Source of the DNA: Clostridia bacterium
GTDB lineage: Bacteria > Bacillota > Clostridia > Christensenellales > CAG-138
DNA: 64,000 nt
Direction of reading: 5' to 3'
Assembly (NCBI GenBank): GCA_035561095.1
Contig: DATMYE010000022.1
Span: 25,426-89,425, forward strand
A program made the position numbers and the translations under genes. Under the pieces are notes generated by a model. It ran no database searches and was not told the origin of the DNA. It saw nothing but the letters and a program-made list of their open reading frames with translations. Shown in pieces: positions 19,601 to 28,385 of this stretch; positions within the stretch are counted from its first letter, which is position 1, and the number at the start of each line of letters is the position of its first letter.

Positions 19601-20254
19601 GAGATTAAGCACGAGATCAAGGGGCTTGGGGACATCAACCTCAACTCCATCGAAGAATACAAGAGCGTGTTCGAGCGGCACAGCGAACTGGATACCCAGT
19701 GCCAGGACCTCAACAACGCCAAGCGCGATCTGGAGACGCTGATCGTCGAACTCACGCAGACCATGGAAACCGTGTTCCTCAAGCAGTTTGAGATGATTCA
19801 GGAGAATTTCTCCTCGACGTTTGCGGAACTCTTCGGCGGCGGACAGGCGGAGCTGCGGCTTGCGGACAAGAACGACGTGCTGGGCTGCGACATCGACATC
19901 ATCGCCCAGCCGCCGGGCAAGAAACTCCAGCTGCTGTCGCTGCTCTCCGGCGGAGAGCGCACGTTGACTGCCATCGCGCTGCTGTTTGCAATGCTGAAGC
20001 TCAAGCCGCCCGCGTTCTGCATGCTCGACGAGATCGAGTCCGCGCTGGACGAGGCGAACGTCTCCCGCTTTGCGGACTACGTCAAGCGCTATTCCGACGG
20101 CACGCAGTTCATCCTCATCACGCACCGCAAAGGAAGCATGGAGGTCTGCGACACGCTCTACGGTGTGTCGATGGAGGAAAAGGGAGTCAGCAAGGTGGTC
20201 TCCGCGCGCTTCGGCGAAAACGGCATCACCACAGCACCGGAACAGGCAAGCTGA
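16667..20254 (+). CDS. smc: chromosome segregation protein SMC
   Basis: [43 protein letters not shown] (Walker A), long coiled coils, a hinge, [16 protein letters not shown] signature and [11 protein letters not shown] Walker B. ATGA overlap with rnc. Confidence 0.95.
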   Translation: [1195 protein letters not shown]

Positions 20255-20281
20255 TCTATACCAAATGATTGGATAATAAAT

Positions 20282-21199
20282 ATGGAAAAGAAACCACTCT
20301 TCCAAAAATGGAAAACAGGCCTCGGCAAAACCCGCACGGGTCTTCTCGCGCGGCTGTTTGCCTCCAAAGATGGCATCAATGAAGCGTTCTATGAAGAGCT
20401 CGAAGAGGCGTTGATCCTCGCGGACGCGGGCGCCGCCGTCACCGAACGGCTGCTGGACGACCTGCAGGCCGTCATCAAAGAGCAAAAGATCTCCGACCGC
20501 GCGAACGCAAGAAACGCGCTTGCGGGGTTGATCGCAAAGGCGGTCAGCACGAAGAAACCGTTTTCGGCGGACACGGGCGCTGCCGTCGTACTCATCGTCG
20601 GCGTCAACGGCGTCGGCAAGACCACGAGCATCGGCAAACTCGCCAACAGCTATCGCGAGCAGGGCAGAAAGGTCATGCTCGCGGCGGCGGATACTTTCCG
20701 CGCGGCGGCTGCCGAGCAGCTCGGCGAGTGGGCCAAGCGCGCGGATGTCGCCATGGTGCGCCACAACGAAGGCGCGGACCCCGCGGCGGTGGTGTTTGAC
20801 GCGATTGCCTCCTACAAAGCAAAGGGCTGCGACCTCTTACTGTGCGACACGGCGGGACGCCTCCACAACAAGGCAAACCTGATGAACGAGCTCGGCAAGA
20901 TTCGCCGCGTGATCTCCCGCGAGCTGCCGGAGACACCCTGCGAAACCCTGCTGGTTCTCGACGCGGTGACGGGGCAGAACGCGGTCGCGCAGGCGCGCGC
21001 GTTTGCCGAGGTGTGCCAGCTCGACGGCGTGATCCTCACCAAGCTAGACGGCACGGCAAAGGGCGGCGTGGTGATCTCCATCTGCGAATCTCTCCATGTG
21101 CCGGTGCGCTTTGTCGGCGTAGGCGAAGGAATCGACGATCTGCAGCCGTTTGACGCGGAACTCTTCGCGCAGGCGCTGCTCGCGGGCGACGCGGATTAA
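20282..21199 (+). CDS. ftsY: signal recognition particle receptor FtsY
   Basis: [24 protein letters not shown] and [10 protein letters not shown], the SRP-GTPase G1-G4 motifs. Confidence 0.95.
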   Translation: MEKKPLFQKWKTGLGKTRTGLLARLFASKDGINEAFYEELEEALILADAGAAVTERLLDDLQAVIKEQKISDRANARNALAGLIAKAVSTKKPFSADTGAAVVLIVGVNGVGKTTSIGKLANSYREQGRKVMLAAADTFRAAAAEQLGEWAKRADVAMVRHNEGADPAAVVFDAIASYKAKGCDLLLCDTAGRLHNKANLMNELGKIRRVISRELPETPCETLLVLDAVTGQNAVAQARAFAEVCQLDGVILTKLDGTAKGGVVISICESLHVPVRFVGVGEGIDDLQPFDAELFAQALLAGDAD

Positions 21200-21230
21200 C
21201 GCAGGTTCTCGCATAAAACCAACAATTCTC

Positions 21231-21258
21231 TTGACAAAATCACCACGTTCCGTATAAT
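21231..21258 (+). promoter_or_regulatory. sigma-A-type promoter for ylxM-ffh
   Basis: TTGACA (21231-21236), 16-nt spacer, TATAAT (21253-21258). Confidence 0.5.
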
Positions 21259-21297
21259 AGGTACGGTGTAAAGCCATTCAGCTTTACAGGTGATACA

Positions 21298-21633
21298 ATG
21301 AATCGATTGGTCGAACTTGGACAACTCATGGACTGGTACGGCGCTTTTTTAACCGAGCGCCAGCGTTCGCTTGTGCGCCAGTATGCCTACGAGGACTGCT
21401 CCCTCGGCGAGATCGCCGAACGCGAGGGCATCTCCCGGCAGGCGGTGCGTGACGCGATTTTAACCGCCGAGAGCGAGCTCCGGGACATGGAATCCAAGCT
21501 GAATTTGATAGAAACCAACGAAAAGCTGCGAACATTGATCGAACAACTCGAAGGCACGCAGCTCAACGAAGCACAAAAAGACCTGCTCCGGCAAATCCGT
21601 GAGCTGGTTTCGGAGGAAGAAGATGGCGTTTGA
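21298..21633 (+). CDS. ylxM: YlxM family (UPF0122) putative DNA-binding protein
   Basis: LMDWYGAFLTERQRSLVRQYAYEDCSLGEIAEREGISRQAVRDAI is a sigma-70 region-4-like HTH. Conserved position upstream of ffh. Confidence 0.85.
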   Translation: MNRLVELGQLMDWYGAFLTERQRSLVRQYAYEDCSLGEIAEREGISRQAVRDAILTAESELRDMESKLNLIETNEKLRTLIEQLEGTQLNEAQKDLLRQIRELVSEEEDGV

Positions 21634-22957
21634 AGGCGTCTCTCAAAAACTGCAGGCTGTGTTTAAACGGCTGAATTCGCGCGGCAAGCTCAACGAGGCC
21701 GACGTGAAAGAAGCCATGCGCGAGATCAAGCTCGCCCTGCTGGAAGCGGACGTCAACTTCATGGTAGTCAAGGACTTCGTCAAGACCGTCACAGACCGCG
21801 CGGTTGGCATCGAAGTGCTCGAAAGCCTCACGCCCGGCCAGCAGGTCATCAAGATCGTCAACGAAGAACTCACGCGCCTCATGGGCGGCGAACACGCAAA
21901 GCTCGAGTTCGGCAACCAGAAACCCGCGGTGATCCTCATGGCAGGCCTTCAGGGCGCGGGCAAGACGACCATGTGCGGCAAGCTCGGCGCCTATATCCAC
22001 AAGAACTACGGCAAGAGCGTTCTCTTGACCGCGTGTGATATCTACCGTCCCGCCGCGATCCAGCAGCTGCAGATCGTCGGCGAAAAGCTCGACATCCCCG
22101 TCTACGAACACGGTACGCAAAGCCCCGTTCTCACCGCGAAGGAAGCGATTGCGGAAGCCAAACGGAAGTTCATAGACGTGGTCATCGTCGATACCGCGGG
22201 CAGACTGCACATCGACGCGGACATGATGGAAGAGCTCAAGAAGATTCGCGACGCGGTCAACCCCGCGGAAATCCTGCTCGTCGTGGACGCCATGACCGGT
22301 CAGGACGCGGTCAATGTCGCAAAGAGCTTCCATGAGACCATCGCGCTCACGGGCGTGATCCTCACCAAGCTCGACGGCGACACGCGCGGCGGCGCCGCGC
22401 TCTCCGTCCGCTCCGTCACGGGCAAGCCCATCAAGTTCTCCGGCATCGGCGAAAAGCTGACCGATATCGAGCCGTTCCATCCCGACCGGATGGCGAGCCG
22501 CATCCTCGGCATGGGAGACATGCTCACGCTCATCGAAAAGGCGCAGAACGCGTTTGATGAGAAAAAGGCGCTCGAGATGGCCGAGAAGATGAAGACCAAC
22601 GCCTTCACGCTCGACGATTTTCTGGATCAGATGGAGCAGATGAAAAACCTCGGCTCCATGGAAGACCTCATGAAGATGATCCCCGGCATGGACGCTAGCA
22701 AGATGGCCGGCGCGCAGATCGATGAAAAGCAGATGGCGCGCACCAAGGCGATCATCCAGAGCATGACCAAGGCCGAGCGGCGCGATCCTGAAATCCTCAC
22801 CGCCAGCCGCAGAAAGCGCATCGCGCGCGGCAGCGGCACGAGCGTGCAGGAAGTCAACCGCCTGATGAACCAGTTCAACGCCTCGCGTCAGTTGATGAAG
22901 CAGATGTCCGGCAGGATGAAAAAAGGCAAGCGCGGCGGTTTCCCGTTCGGGTTCTAA
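21623..22957 (+). CDS. ffh: signal recognition particle protein Ffh
   Basis: MAFEGVSQKLQAVFKRL..., GLQGAGKTT, DTAGRL, TKLDGDTRGG and a Met-rich M domain. Overlaps ylxM by 11 nt. Confidence 0.95.
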   Translation: MAFEGVSQKLQAVFKRLNSRGKLNEADVKEAMREIKLALLEADVNFMVVKDFVKTVTDRAVGIEVLESLTPGQQVIKIVNEELTRLMGGEHAKLEFGNQKPAVILMAGLQGAGKTTMCGKLGAYIHKNYGKSVLLTACDIYRPAAIQQLQIVGEKLDIPVYEHGTQSPVLTAKEAIAEAKRKFIDVVIVDTAGRLHIDADMMEELKKIRDAVNPAEILLVVDAMTGQDAVNVAKSFHETIALTGVILTKLDGDTRGGAALSVRSVTGKPIKFSGIGEKLTDIEPFHPDRMASRILGMGDMLTLIEKAQNAFDEKKALEMAEKMKTNAFTLDDFLDQMEQMKNLGSMEDLMKMIPGMDASKMAGAQIDEKQMARTKAIIQSMTKAERRDPEILTASRRKRIARGSGTSVQEVNRLMNQFNASRQLMKQMSGRMKKGKRGGFPFGF

Positions 22958-23037
22958 ACCCCAAATTCCCATTGGCGAATCACGTTTAACGTATTCGATA
23001 TAACAAACTAATTCAAAATATTTGGAGGAAGCAGACA

Positions 23038-23280
23038 ATGCTCAAGATCAGACTGCGCCGCATGGGCGCCAAGAAAGCCCCGTTCTACCGTATCGTGGTT
23101 GCGGATTCCCGCGCACCCCGTGACGGCGCGTTTGTCGAAGAAATCGGCTACTACAACCCCCTCTCGAACCCCATTGAGCTGACCGTGAACAACGAGCACG
23201 CAGCCGAATGGATCAAGAAGGGCGCGCAGCCGACGGACACTGTTCGTGCGCTGCTGAAAAAGAGCGGCGCTCTCGAGTGA
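23038..23280 (+). CDS. rpsP: 30S ribosomal protein S16
   Basis: [41 protein letters not shown] is canonical S16. Confidence 0.95.
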   Translation: MLKIRLRRMGAKKAPFYRIVVADSRAPRDGAFVEEIGYYNPLSNPIELTVNNEHAAEWIKKGAQPTDTVRALLKKSGALE

Positions 23281-23287
23281 GGCAATC

Positions 23288-23521
23288 ATGATGGAGGAAC
23301 TCGTACGCTTCATCGCGAAAAACCTCGTCGATGAGCCGGATTCCGTCAAGGTCGAGTCGCGTGAGGAAGGGGACACGGTTGTGATCTCCCTCTCCGTTGC
23401 GCCCGGCGACATGGGAAAGGTCATCGGCAGGCAGGGGCGCATCGCAAAAGCGATCCGCACAGTCGTCAAGGCCGCGAGCGTCCGCGAAGACAAAAAGTAT
23501 ATGGTGGATATCGTCGAGTAA
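23288..23521 (+). CDS. KH domain-containing RNA-binding protein (YlqC/UPF0109)
   Basis: MMEELVRFIAKNLVDEPDSVKVE...GKVIGRQGRIAKAIRTVV has a GxxG KH motif. Conserved rpsP-KH-rimM order. Confidence 0.85.
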   Translation: MMEELVRFIAKNLVDEPDSVKVESREEGDTVVISLSVAPGDMGKVIGRQGRIAKAIRTVVKAASVREDKKYMVDIVE

Positions 23522-23565
23522 CGCTCGACGTATCTCCATCATCTCAGGCAAATAGGGAAATAATT

Positions 23566-24087
23566 TTGAGAAACGACTATCTGCGCGTCGGCCAGATCGT
23601 CCGCGCGCACGGGGTGCACGGAGACGTGAAGATCATCCCGCTGACGGACGATCCGGCGCGGTTCCGCGGGCTGAAAACCGCATATCTCGAAACAACGGCA
23701 GGCGCGTATGCGCCTGTTGCGGTTACTGGCGCGCGCTTTATGCCGGACGCGGTGCTGCTGCATCTGGAAAGCTACGACACGGTTGAACGGGCGGAGACGC
23801 TCAAGAACGTCTATCTCTGCGTGAGCCGCGACAACGCGGTCAAGCTCCGCAAGGACACGTATTTCATCGTCGATCTGATCGGCTGCGATACGTTTGACAG
23901 CAACGGCAAGGCTTACGGCAAGGTCACGGATGTGCTGGAGACGGGTGCGCACGATGTCTACGAGATTGACGGAGGAAAGCTCCTCGTGCCCGCGCTGAAA
24001 AAGCTCTTGCGCGAGGTGGACGTCGAGAACGGCCGCATCGTGTTTGACGCGGATGTTCTGGAGGAGGTCGGCTGCTTTGCGGATTGA
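23566..24087 (+). CDS. rimM: 16S rRNA processing protein RimM
   Basis: [25 protein letters not shown]... is the RimM N-terminus with a PRC barrel C-terminus. TTG 23566 follows AGGGA. Confidence 0.85.
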   Translation: MRNDYLRVGQIVRAHGVHGDVKIIPLTDDPARFRGLKTAYLETTAGAYAPVAVTGARFMPDAVLLHLESYDTVERAETLKNVYLCVSRDNAVKLRKDTYFIVDLIGCDTFDSNGKAYGKVTDVLETGAHDVYEIDGGKLLVPALKKLLREVDVENGRIVFDADVLEEVGCFAD

Positions 24088-24796
24088 CATCCTCACGCTC
24101 TTTCCAGAGATGTTTGACTGCGTGCTGTCGGCGAGCATGCTCGGCCGCGCGCAGGCAAACGGGCTCATCGATATCCGTGTGCACAACATCCGCGACTACA
24201 CGGACAACAAACACCGCAAGGCCGACGACTATCCGTTCGGCGGCGGCGCAGGGCTTGTCATGATGGCGCAACCCATCTACGACTGCATGGACGCCGTTCT
24301 CGAAGGAGGTAGCGCACGCCGCATCCTCATGACGCCGCGCGGGCGCACACTCACCCAGAAGATCGCAAAAGAGCTCTCCAAAGAGGACAGGATTGTGCTT
24401 CTCTGCGGACATTACGAAGGCGTGGATGAGCGCGTGATGAACATCATCGACGACGAAATCTCCGTCGGCGACTATGTGCTCACGGGCGGCGAGCTGCCCG
24501 CGATGACGCTCGTCGACTGCGTCAGCCGCCTGATTCCGGGTGTGCTGGGCAGCGAGGAGAGCGCGGCGGACGAGTCGTTTTCGGAAGACTTGCTGGAGTA
24601 TCCGCAGTACACGAGACCCGCGAGCTTTCGCGGCATGGATGTGCCGGAGATTCTGCTCAATGGGCACCACGCGAAGATTCAGGCCTGGCGGCTCGAGCAG
24701 GCGCGGCTCAAGACCGCGCTCAACCGACCCGATCTTTTACAGGAGATGACCGACAAGGGCGAGACCATCGAAGCGCCGGACGACGCCTGGCTTTAA
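24077..24796 (+). CDS. trmD: tRNA (guanine37-N1)-methyltransferase
   Basis: [14 protein letters not shown]...[13 protein letters not shown]...[13 protein letters not shown] 24077 follows GGAGGAGG. Overlaps rimM by 11 nt. Confidence 0.9.
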   Translation: MRIDILTLFPEMFDCVLSASMLGRAQANGLIDIRVHNIRDYTDNKHRKADDYPFGGGAGLVMMAQPIYDCMDAVLEGGSARRILMTPRGRTLTQKIAKELSKEDRIVLLCGHYEGVDERVMNIIDDEISVGDYVLTGGELPAMTLVDCVSRLIPGVLGSEESAADESFSEDLLEYPQYTRPASFRGMDVPEILLNGHHAKIQAWRLEQARLKTALNRPDLLQEMTDKGETIEAPDDAWL

Positions 24797-24875
24797 CTGG
24801 ATCAAATGATTATGCCGGAATCGAAACGCATGAACAGGCTTGATTCCAGAGCAACTAAAACAGGATCGAACACAC

Positions 24876-24904
24876 GGACAATCCTGTCGAGGATTGTCTT
24901 TTTA
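24876..24904 (+). terminator. rho-independent terminator after trmD
   Basis: GGACAATCC-TGTCGA-GGATTGTC followed by TTTTT. Confidence 0.8.
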
Positions 24905-24937
24905 TAAGGAGAATCGCCGAAGTCGGCGAGTACAGTT

Positions 24938-25816
24938 ATGAAAGAGACCACAAAAGGCACCATCGCCATGATCGCCACCGGGCTTCTCTGGAGCATGGGC
25001 GGCATCTTCATCAAGCTCGTACCCTGGAATCCGCTCGCTATCGCGGGCCTTCGTGGCGTGATCGGCGGACTTGTGATGTATGTTTACCTCCGCATCCGCG
25101 GCATCAAGCCCGTGTTCAACAAGGATACGGTCAAGATTGCAATCGCGCTTGCGAGCGTCTGCACCACGTTTGTCGCGGCAAACAAGCTCACCACGGCGGC
25201 AAACGCTATCGTGATCCAGTATTGCGCGCCGGTCTACGTGCTTCTCTATATCGCGTTTGTGCAAAAAAAGAAACTGCGTCCGCTGGATATCGCGGTGGTT
25301 CCGATGACGATCCTCGGCGTATCTCTCTGCTTCATCGGGCAGATGGGCAAAGGGCGCCTCGTGGGCGACATCATCGCGGTCGTGTCCGGCATCTGCTTTG
25401 CGGCGATGTTCATCACAAGCGAGGGCGTTTCCGACCAGACGCGTTCAAGCGGCATCATGCAGGGACAGTTCCTGACCGCAATCATTGGGCTACCCGTACT
25501 GTTTGCGACCAGACCCGCGTTCACGACGCAGGCGGTCATCGGCATCCTCGTGCTCGGCATCTTCCAGATTGGCATCGCATACGTGCTCTACAGCATCGCG
25601 ATCAAGCGCGCACCGCTCTTGACCTGCTCGCTGCTTGCGGTGCTCGAGCCGCTGTTAAACCCCGTCTGGGTGTTTCTCTTTGCGGGGGAAAACCCCGGCA
25701 TCTGGTCGCTGGTTGGCGGTGTGATCGTCATCGTGGTTATCACGCTGTGGTATGTTTATGATGCGCGGCACCCGCAGGTGCTGGATCAGGTGCAGTCAGC
25801 GCCGGAAGCCGCATAA
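24938..25816 (+). CDS. EamA/DMT family transporter
   Basis: Ten predicted TM helices in two EamA-like halves (e.g. LLWSMGGIFIKL, YSIAIKRAPLLTCSLLAVLEPLLNPVW). The substrate cannot be inferred. Confidence 0.8.
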   Translation: MKETTKGTIAMIATGLLWSMGGIFIKLVPWNPLAIAGLRGVIGGLVMYVYLRIRGIKPVFNKDTVKIAIALASVCTTFVAANKLTTAANAIVIQYCAPVYVLLYIAFVQKKKLRPLDIAVVPMTILGVSLCFIGQMGKGRLVGDIIAVVSGICFAAMFITSEGVSDQTRSSGIMQGQFLTAIIGLPVLFATRPAFTTQAVIGILVLGIFQIGIAYVLYSIAIKRAPLLTCSLLAVLEPLLNPVWVFLFAGENPGIWSLVGGVIVIVVITLWYVYDARHPQVLDQVQSAPEAA

Positions 25817-25886
25817 AACCGGAAAATTGCCTACCATCCGAAAGGCGGCTTTCACTCAAAAACCGCACAATATCTGGAAAAACGGC

Positions 25887-25916
25887 TTGCAAAGCCGATG
25901 GAGAATGTGTTATAAT
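25887..25916 (+). promoter_or_regulatory. sigma-A-type promoter for rplS (extended -10)
   Basis: TTGCAA (25887-25892), 18-nt spacer ending in TGT, TATAAT (25911-25916). Confidence 0.55.
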
Positions 25917-25995
25917 CGCGTTTGTGACATCGGGCGGTCCTCTGTTCTGCTTTTGAAGTATGAACGCCTGCAAAACTGAAAGGAGAATATTTCAA

Positions 25996-26352
25996 ATGTC
26001 GAACATCATCAATGAACTCGAAAAAGAACAACTGCGTACAGACCTGCCGGAGCTTGAGGTTGGCGATACCGTTCGCGTATTCGTGAAGGTTATCGAAGGC
26101 AACCGTGAGCGTCTGCAGAACTTCGAAGGCGTCGTGATCAAGATTCAGGGTGGCGGCGTGCGCAAGAGCTTCACCGTCCGCCGCATCTCTTATGGCGTTG
26201 GCGTGGAAAGAACCTTCCCGTATAACAGCCCGCGCATCGGCCGTATTGAGCTCGTTCGCCACGGCGTTGTCCGCCGCGCCAAGCTCTTCTACCTGCGTGA
26301 CCTCTCCGGTAAAGCCGCGAAGATCCGCGAGCGCATCGAAGAGAAAGACTAA
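25996..26352 (+). CDS. rplS: 50S ribosomal protein L19
   Basis: [48 protein letters not shown] is canonical L19. AAAGGAGA SD upstream. Confidence 0.95.
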   Translation: MSNIINELEKEQLRTDLPELEVGDTVRVFVKVIEGNRERLQNFEGVVIKIQGGGVRKSFTVRRISYGVGVERTFPYNSPRIGRIELVRHGVVRRAKLFYLRDLSGKAAKIRERIEEKD

Positions 26353-26369
26353 TTCATTTACACGGGATC

Positions 26370-26405
26370 AAACCCCTCTGCCAATTTGGCATCAGGGGTT
26401 TTTCC
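26370..26405 (+). terminator. rho-independent terminator after rplS
   Basis: AACCCCTCTGCCAA-TT-TGGCATCAGGGGTT long hairpin followed by TTTT. Confidence 0.75.
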
Positions 26406-26424
26406 ATATTTGGAGGGATACAGC

Positions 26425-27279
26425 ATGGCTGCTATCAACTGGTATCCGGGGCATATGACGAAGACCCGCCGTATGCTGCAGGAAAACTTAAAAATGATCG
26501 ACGTCGTGGTCGAGGTGCTGGATGCGCGCGCACCGCGCGCTTCGCGCAACCCGGACTTTGACGATCTGTTTGCAGGCAAGGCGCGCGTGGTGCTGCTCAA
26601 CAAGAGCGATCTTGCGGACAGTAACGCCACCAAGCGCTGGATTGCGGACTTCAACCGCCGCGGTATCGAGGCCGCGGGAATCTCCGCAACCGGAGGATCC
26701 GCGAAGAAGATCACGGTATCGCTCATCGAAAAGGCGGCAAAGCCAAAGGTGGACGCGCTGAAAGCAAAGGGAATCAATAAAACCATCCGCGCGATGATTG
26801 TCGGCATCCCGAACGTCGGCAAGAGCACGCTGATCAACCGCATCGCGGGACAGAACCGCGCGGAGGTTGGAGACAAGCCCGGCGTCACCCGCGGCAAACA
26901 GTGGGTGAAGATCACACCGTATTTGGAGCTGATGGACACGCCCGGCATGCTCTGGCCGAAGCTCGAGGATCAGGAACTCGCCAAGCACCTGGCGTTTCTG
27001 GGCTCCATTAAGGACGAGGTCATGGACAGCGAGGAGCTGGCCACGGATATGCTCACACTCCTGCAGACCATCGCGCCCGCGCAGGTTCAGGAGCGCTACA
27101 GCAAGTTCACCGCGGAGACGCCGAGAAATGACTTGCTCAAATCGATCTGCCTCAGCCGCGGGTTTTTACTGCGCGGAGGCGAGCTCGACACCGAGCGCGC
27201 GGCGCACGTCTCGTTGGACGAATTCCGCGCGGGCAAGGTTGCGCGTGTGACGCTGGAGCAGCCGGAGAGCGTGCAATGA
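26425..27279 (+). CDS. rbgA: ribosome biogenesis GTPase A (YlqF)
   Basis: MAAINWYPGHMTKTRR..., circularly permuted GTPase motifs LNKSDL and GIPNVGKST. Confidence 0.9.
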   Translation: MAAINWYPGHMTKTRRMLQENLKMIDVVVEVLDARAPRASRNPDFDDLFAGKARVVLLNKSDLADSNATKRWIADFNRRGIEAAGISATGGSAKKITVSLIEKAAKPKVDALKAKGINKTIRAMIVGIPNVGKSTLINRIAGQNRAEVGDKPGVTRGKQWVKITPYLELMDTPGMLWPKLEDQELAKHLAFLGSIKDEVMDSEELATDMLTLLQTIAPAQVQERYSKFTAETPRNDLLKSICLSRGFLLRGGELDTERAAHVSLDEFRAGKVARVTLEQPESVQ

Positions 27280-27902
27280 CGCGCATACCGGAAGACGAGC
27301 GGCTAACCCAGCTCAGCGAGCCCGACCGAGCACTCTGGGCGCAGAGCGGTGTGGTACTCGCGGGCATGGACGAAGTCGGACGCGGCCCGCTGGCAGGGCC
27401 CGTCGTCGTCTGCTGCGCCGCGATGCCCAATGCGCCGCTGATTCCGTATGTGAACGATTCCAAGAAGGTCAGCGAGGGCAGGAGAGAGAAGCTCTACCCG
27501 ATCCTGACGCAGACCGCGCTCGGCTATGCAACCGCGTGGGTCTACCCGGACGTGATCGACGAGATCAATATACTGGAAGCGACCAGACGCGCCTTTGCGG
27601 AGGCGTTTGCGAAGATGCCGATTGCGGTGACGGATGTGCTGATCGACGCGCTGACCGGGCTGAAGATCGCAGCGCGCCAGCACCCGTTGATCCACGGCGA
27701 CGCGCTGAGCTACAGCATCGCGTGCGCGTCCATCATCGCCAAGGTGGAGCGCGACAGGTACATGATCGAGCAGGACGCGCTCTATCCTGAATACGGGTTC
27801 GCGAGAAACAAAGGCTACGGTTCGGCGGAGCACATTGCGGCGATCAAGCAATACGGCCCCTGCCCGATCCACCGCAGGAGCTTTCTGAGGAACTTTCTAT
27901 GA
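27276..27902 (+). CDS. rnhB: ribonuclease HII
   Basis: AGMDEVGRGPLAGPVVVC...DSKK...HPLIHGDALSYSIACASIIAK. ATGA overlap with rbgA. Confidence 0.9.
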   Translation: MTRIPEDERLTQLSEPDRALWAQSGVVLAGMDEVGRGPLAGPVVVCCAAMPNAPLIPYVNDSKKVSEGRREKLYPILTQTALGYATAWVYPDVIDEINILEATRRAFAEAFAKMPIAVTDVLIDALTGLKIAARQHPLIHGDALSYSIACASIIAKVERDRYMIEQDALYPEYGFARNKGYGSAEHIAAIKQYGPCPIHRRSFLRNFL

Positions 27903-28252
27903 GCACCACATCCGTCGGCAGAGGCGGCGAAGCGCGCGCACAGGCGTATCTGGAGGAGCGGGGCTACAAGCTCCTGCGCCGGAACTACCGCAGCGGCGCA
28001 AAGGAGATCGACCTGATCATGCAGGTCGGCTGCACGGTGGTGTTTGTCGAGGTAAAGTCCCGCTCCAAAACAGCCTATGGTACGCCCGGCGAGTTTGTGA
28101 CGCCAACCAAGCGAAGGCTGCTCACGCAGGCCGCGCAGGGGTATCTGCAGGAGATGGGCTTGACAGATGTTCCGGCGCGATTTGATGTCGTGGAGATCTA
28201 TCTCGGCACGGATCGAATCGAACACATCGAGAACGCATTTGACGCGATTTGA
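27899..28252 (+). CDS. yraN: YraN family (UPF0102) endonuclease-like protein
   Basis: GRGGEARAQAYLEERGYKLLRRNYRSGAKEIDLIM...VFVEVKSR. ATGA overlap with rnhB. Confidence 0.85.
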   Translation: MSTTSVGRGGEARAQAYLEERGYKLLRRNYRSGAKEIDLIMQVGCTVVFVEVKSRSKTAYGTPGEFVTPTKRRLLTQAAQGYLQEMGLTDVPARFDVVEIYLGTDRIEHIENAFDAI

Positions 28253-28310
28253 CGGGCTTTCGCACCACGCGAAACGGTTTCAATCAGGTTTCGTGACACA
28301 AAAATGACAA

Positions 28311-28346
28311 GCTCAGGCCGCATCCACGCGGTTGAGCTTTTTTTTG
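28311..28346 (+). terminator. rho-independent terminator after yraN
   Basis: GCTCAGGCCGC...GCGGTTGAGC imperfect hairpin followed by TTTTTTTT. Confidence 0.65.
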
Positions 28347-28359
28347 ATTGTGATATACT
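28332..28359 (+). promoter_or_regulatory. candidate promoter for the large glycosyltransferase gene
   Basis: TTGAGC (28332-28337), 16-nt spacer, extended -10 TGaTATACT (28351-28359). Confidence 0.4.
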
Positions 28360-28385
28360 GTTTGGGAATTCATAGACCTTTTTGC

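Noticed and set aside
19073-20764. 563-aa minus-strand ORF antisense to the smc 3' end and ftsY
   Set aside because: It spans an intergenic gap and two bona fide genes on the other strand. The sequence is low-complexity and Arg-rich, so it is a GC artefact.
21563-23038. 491-aa minus-strand ORF antisense to ffh
   Set aside because: Same reasoning as the other antisense ORFs. ffh on the plus strand carries all the SRP-GTPase motifs.
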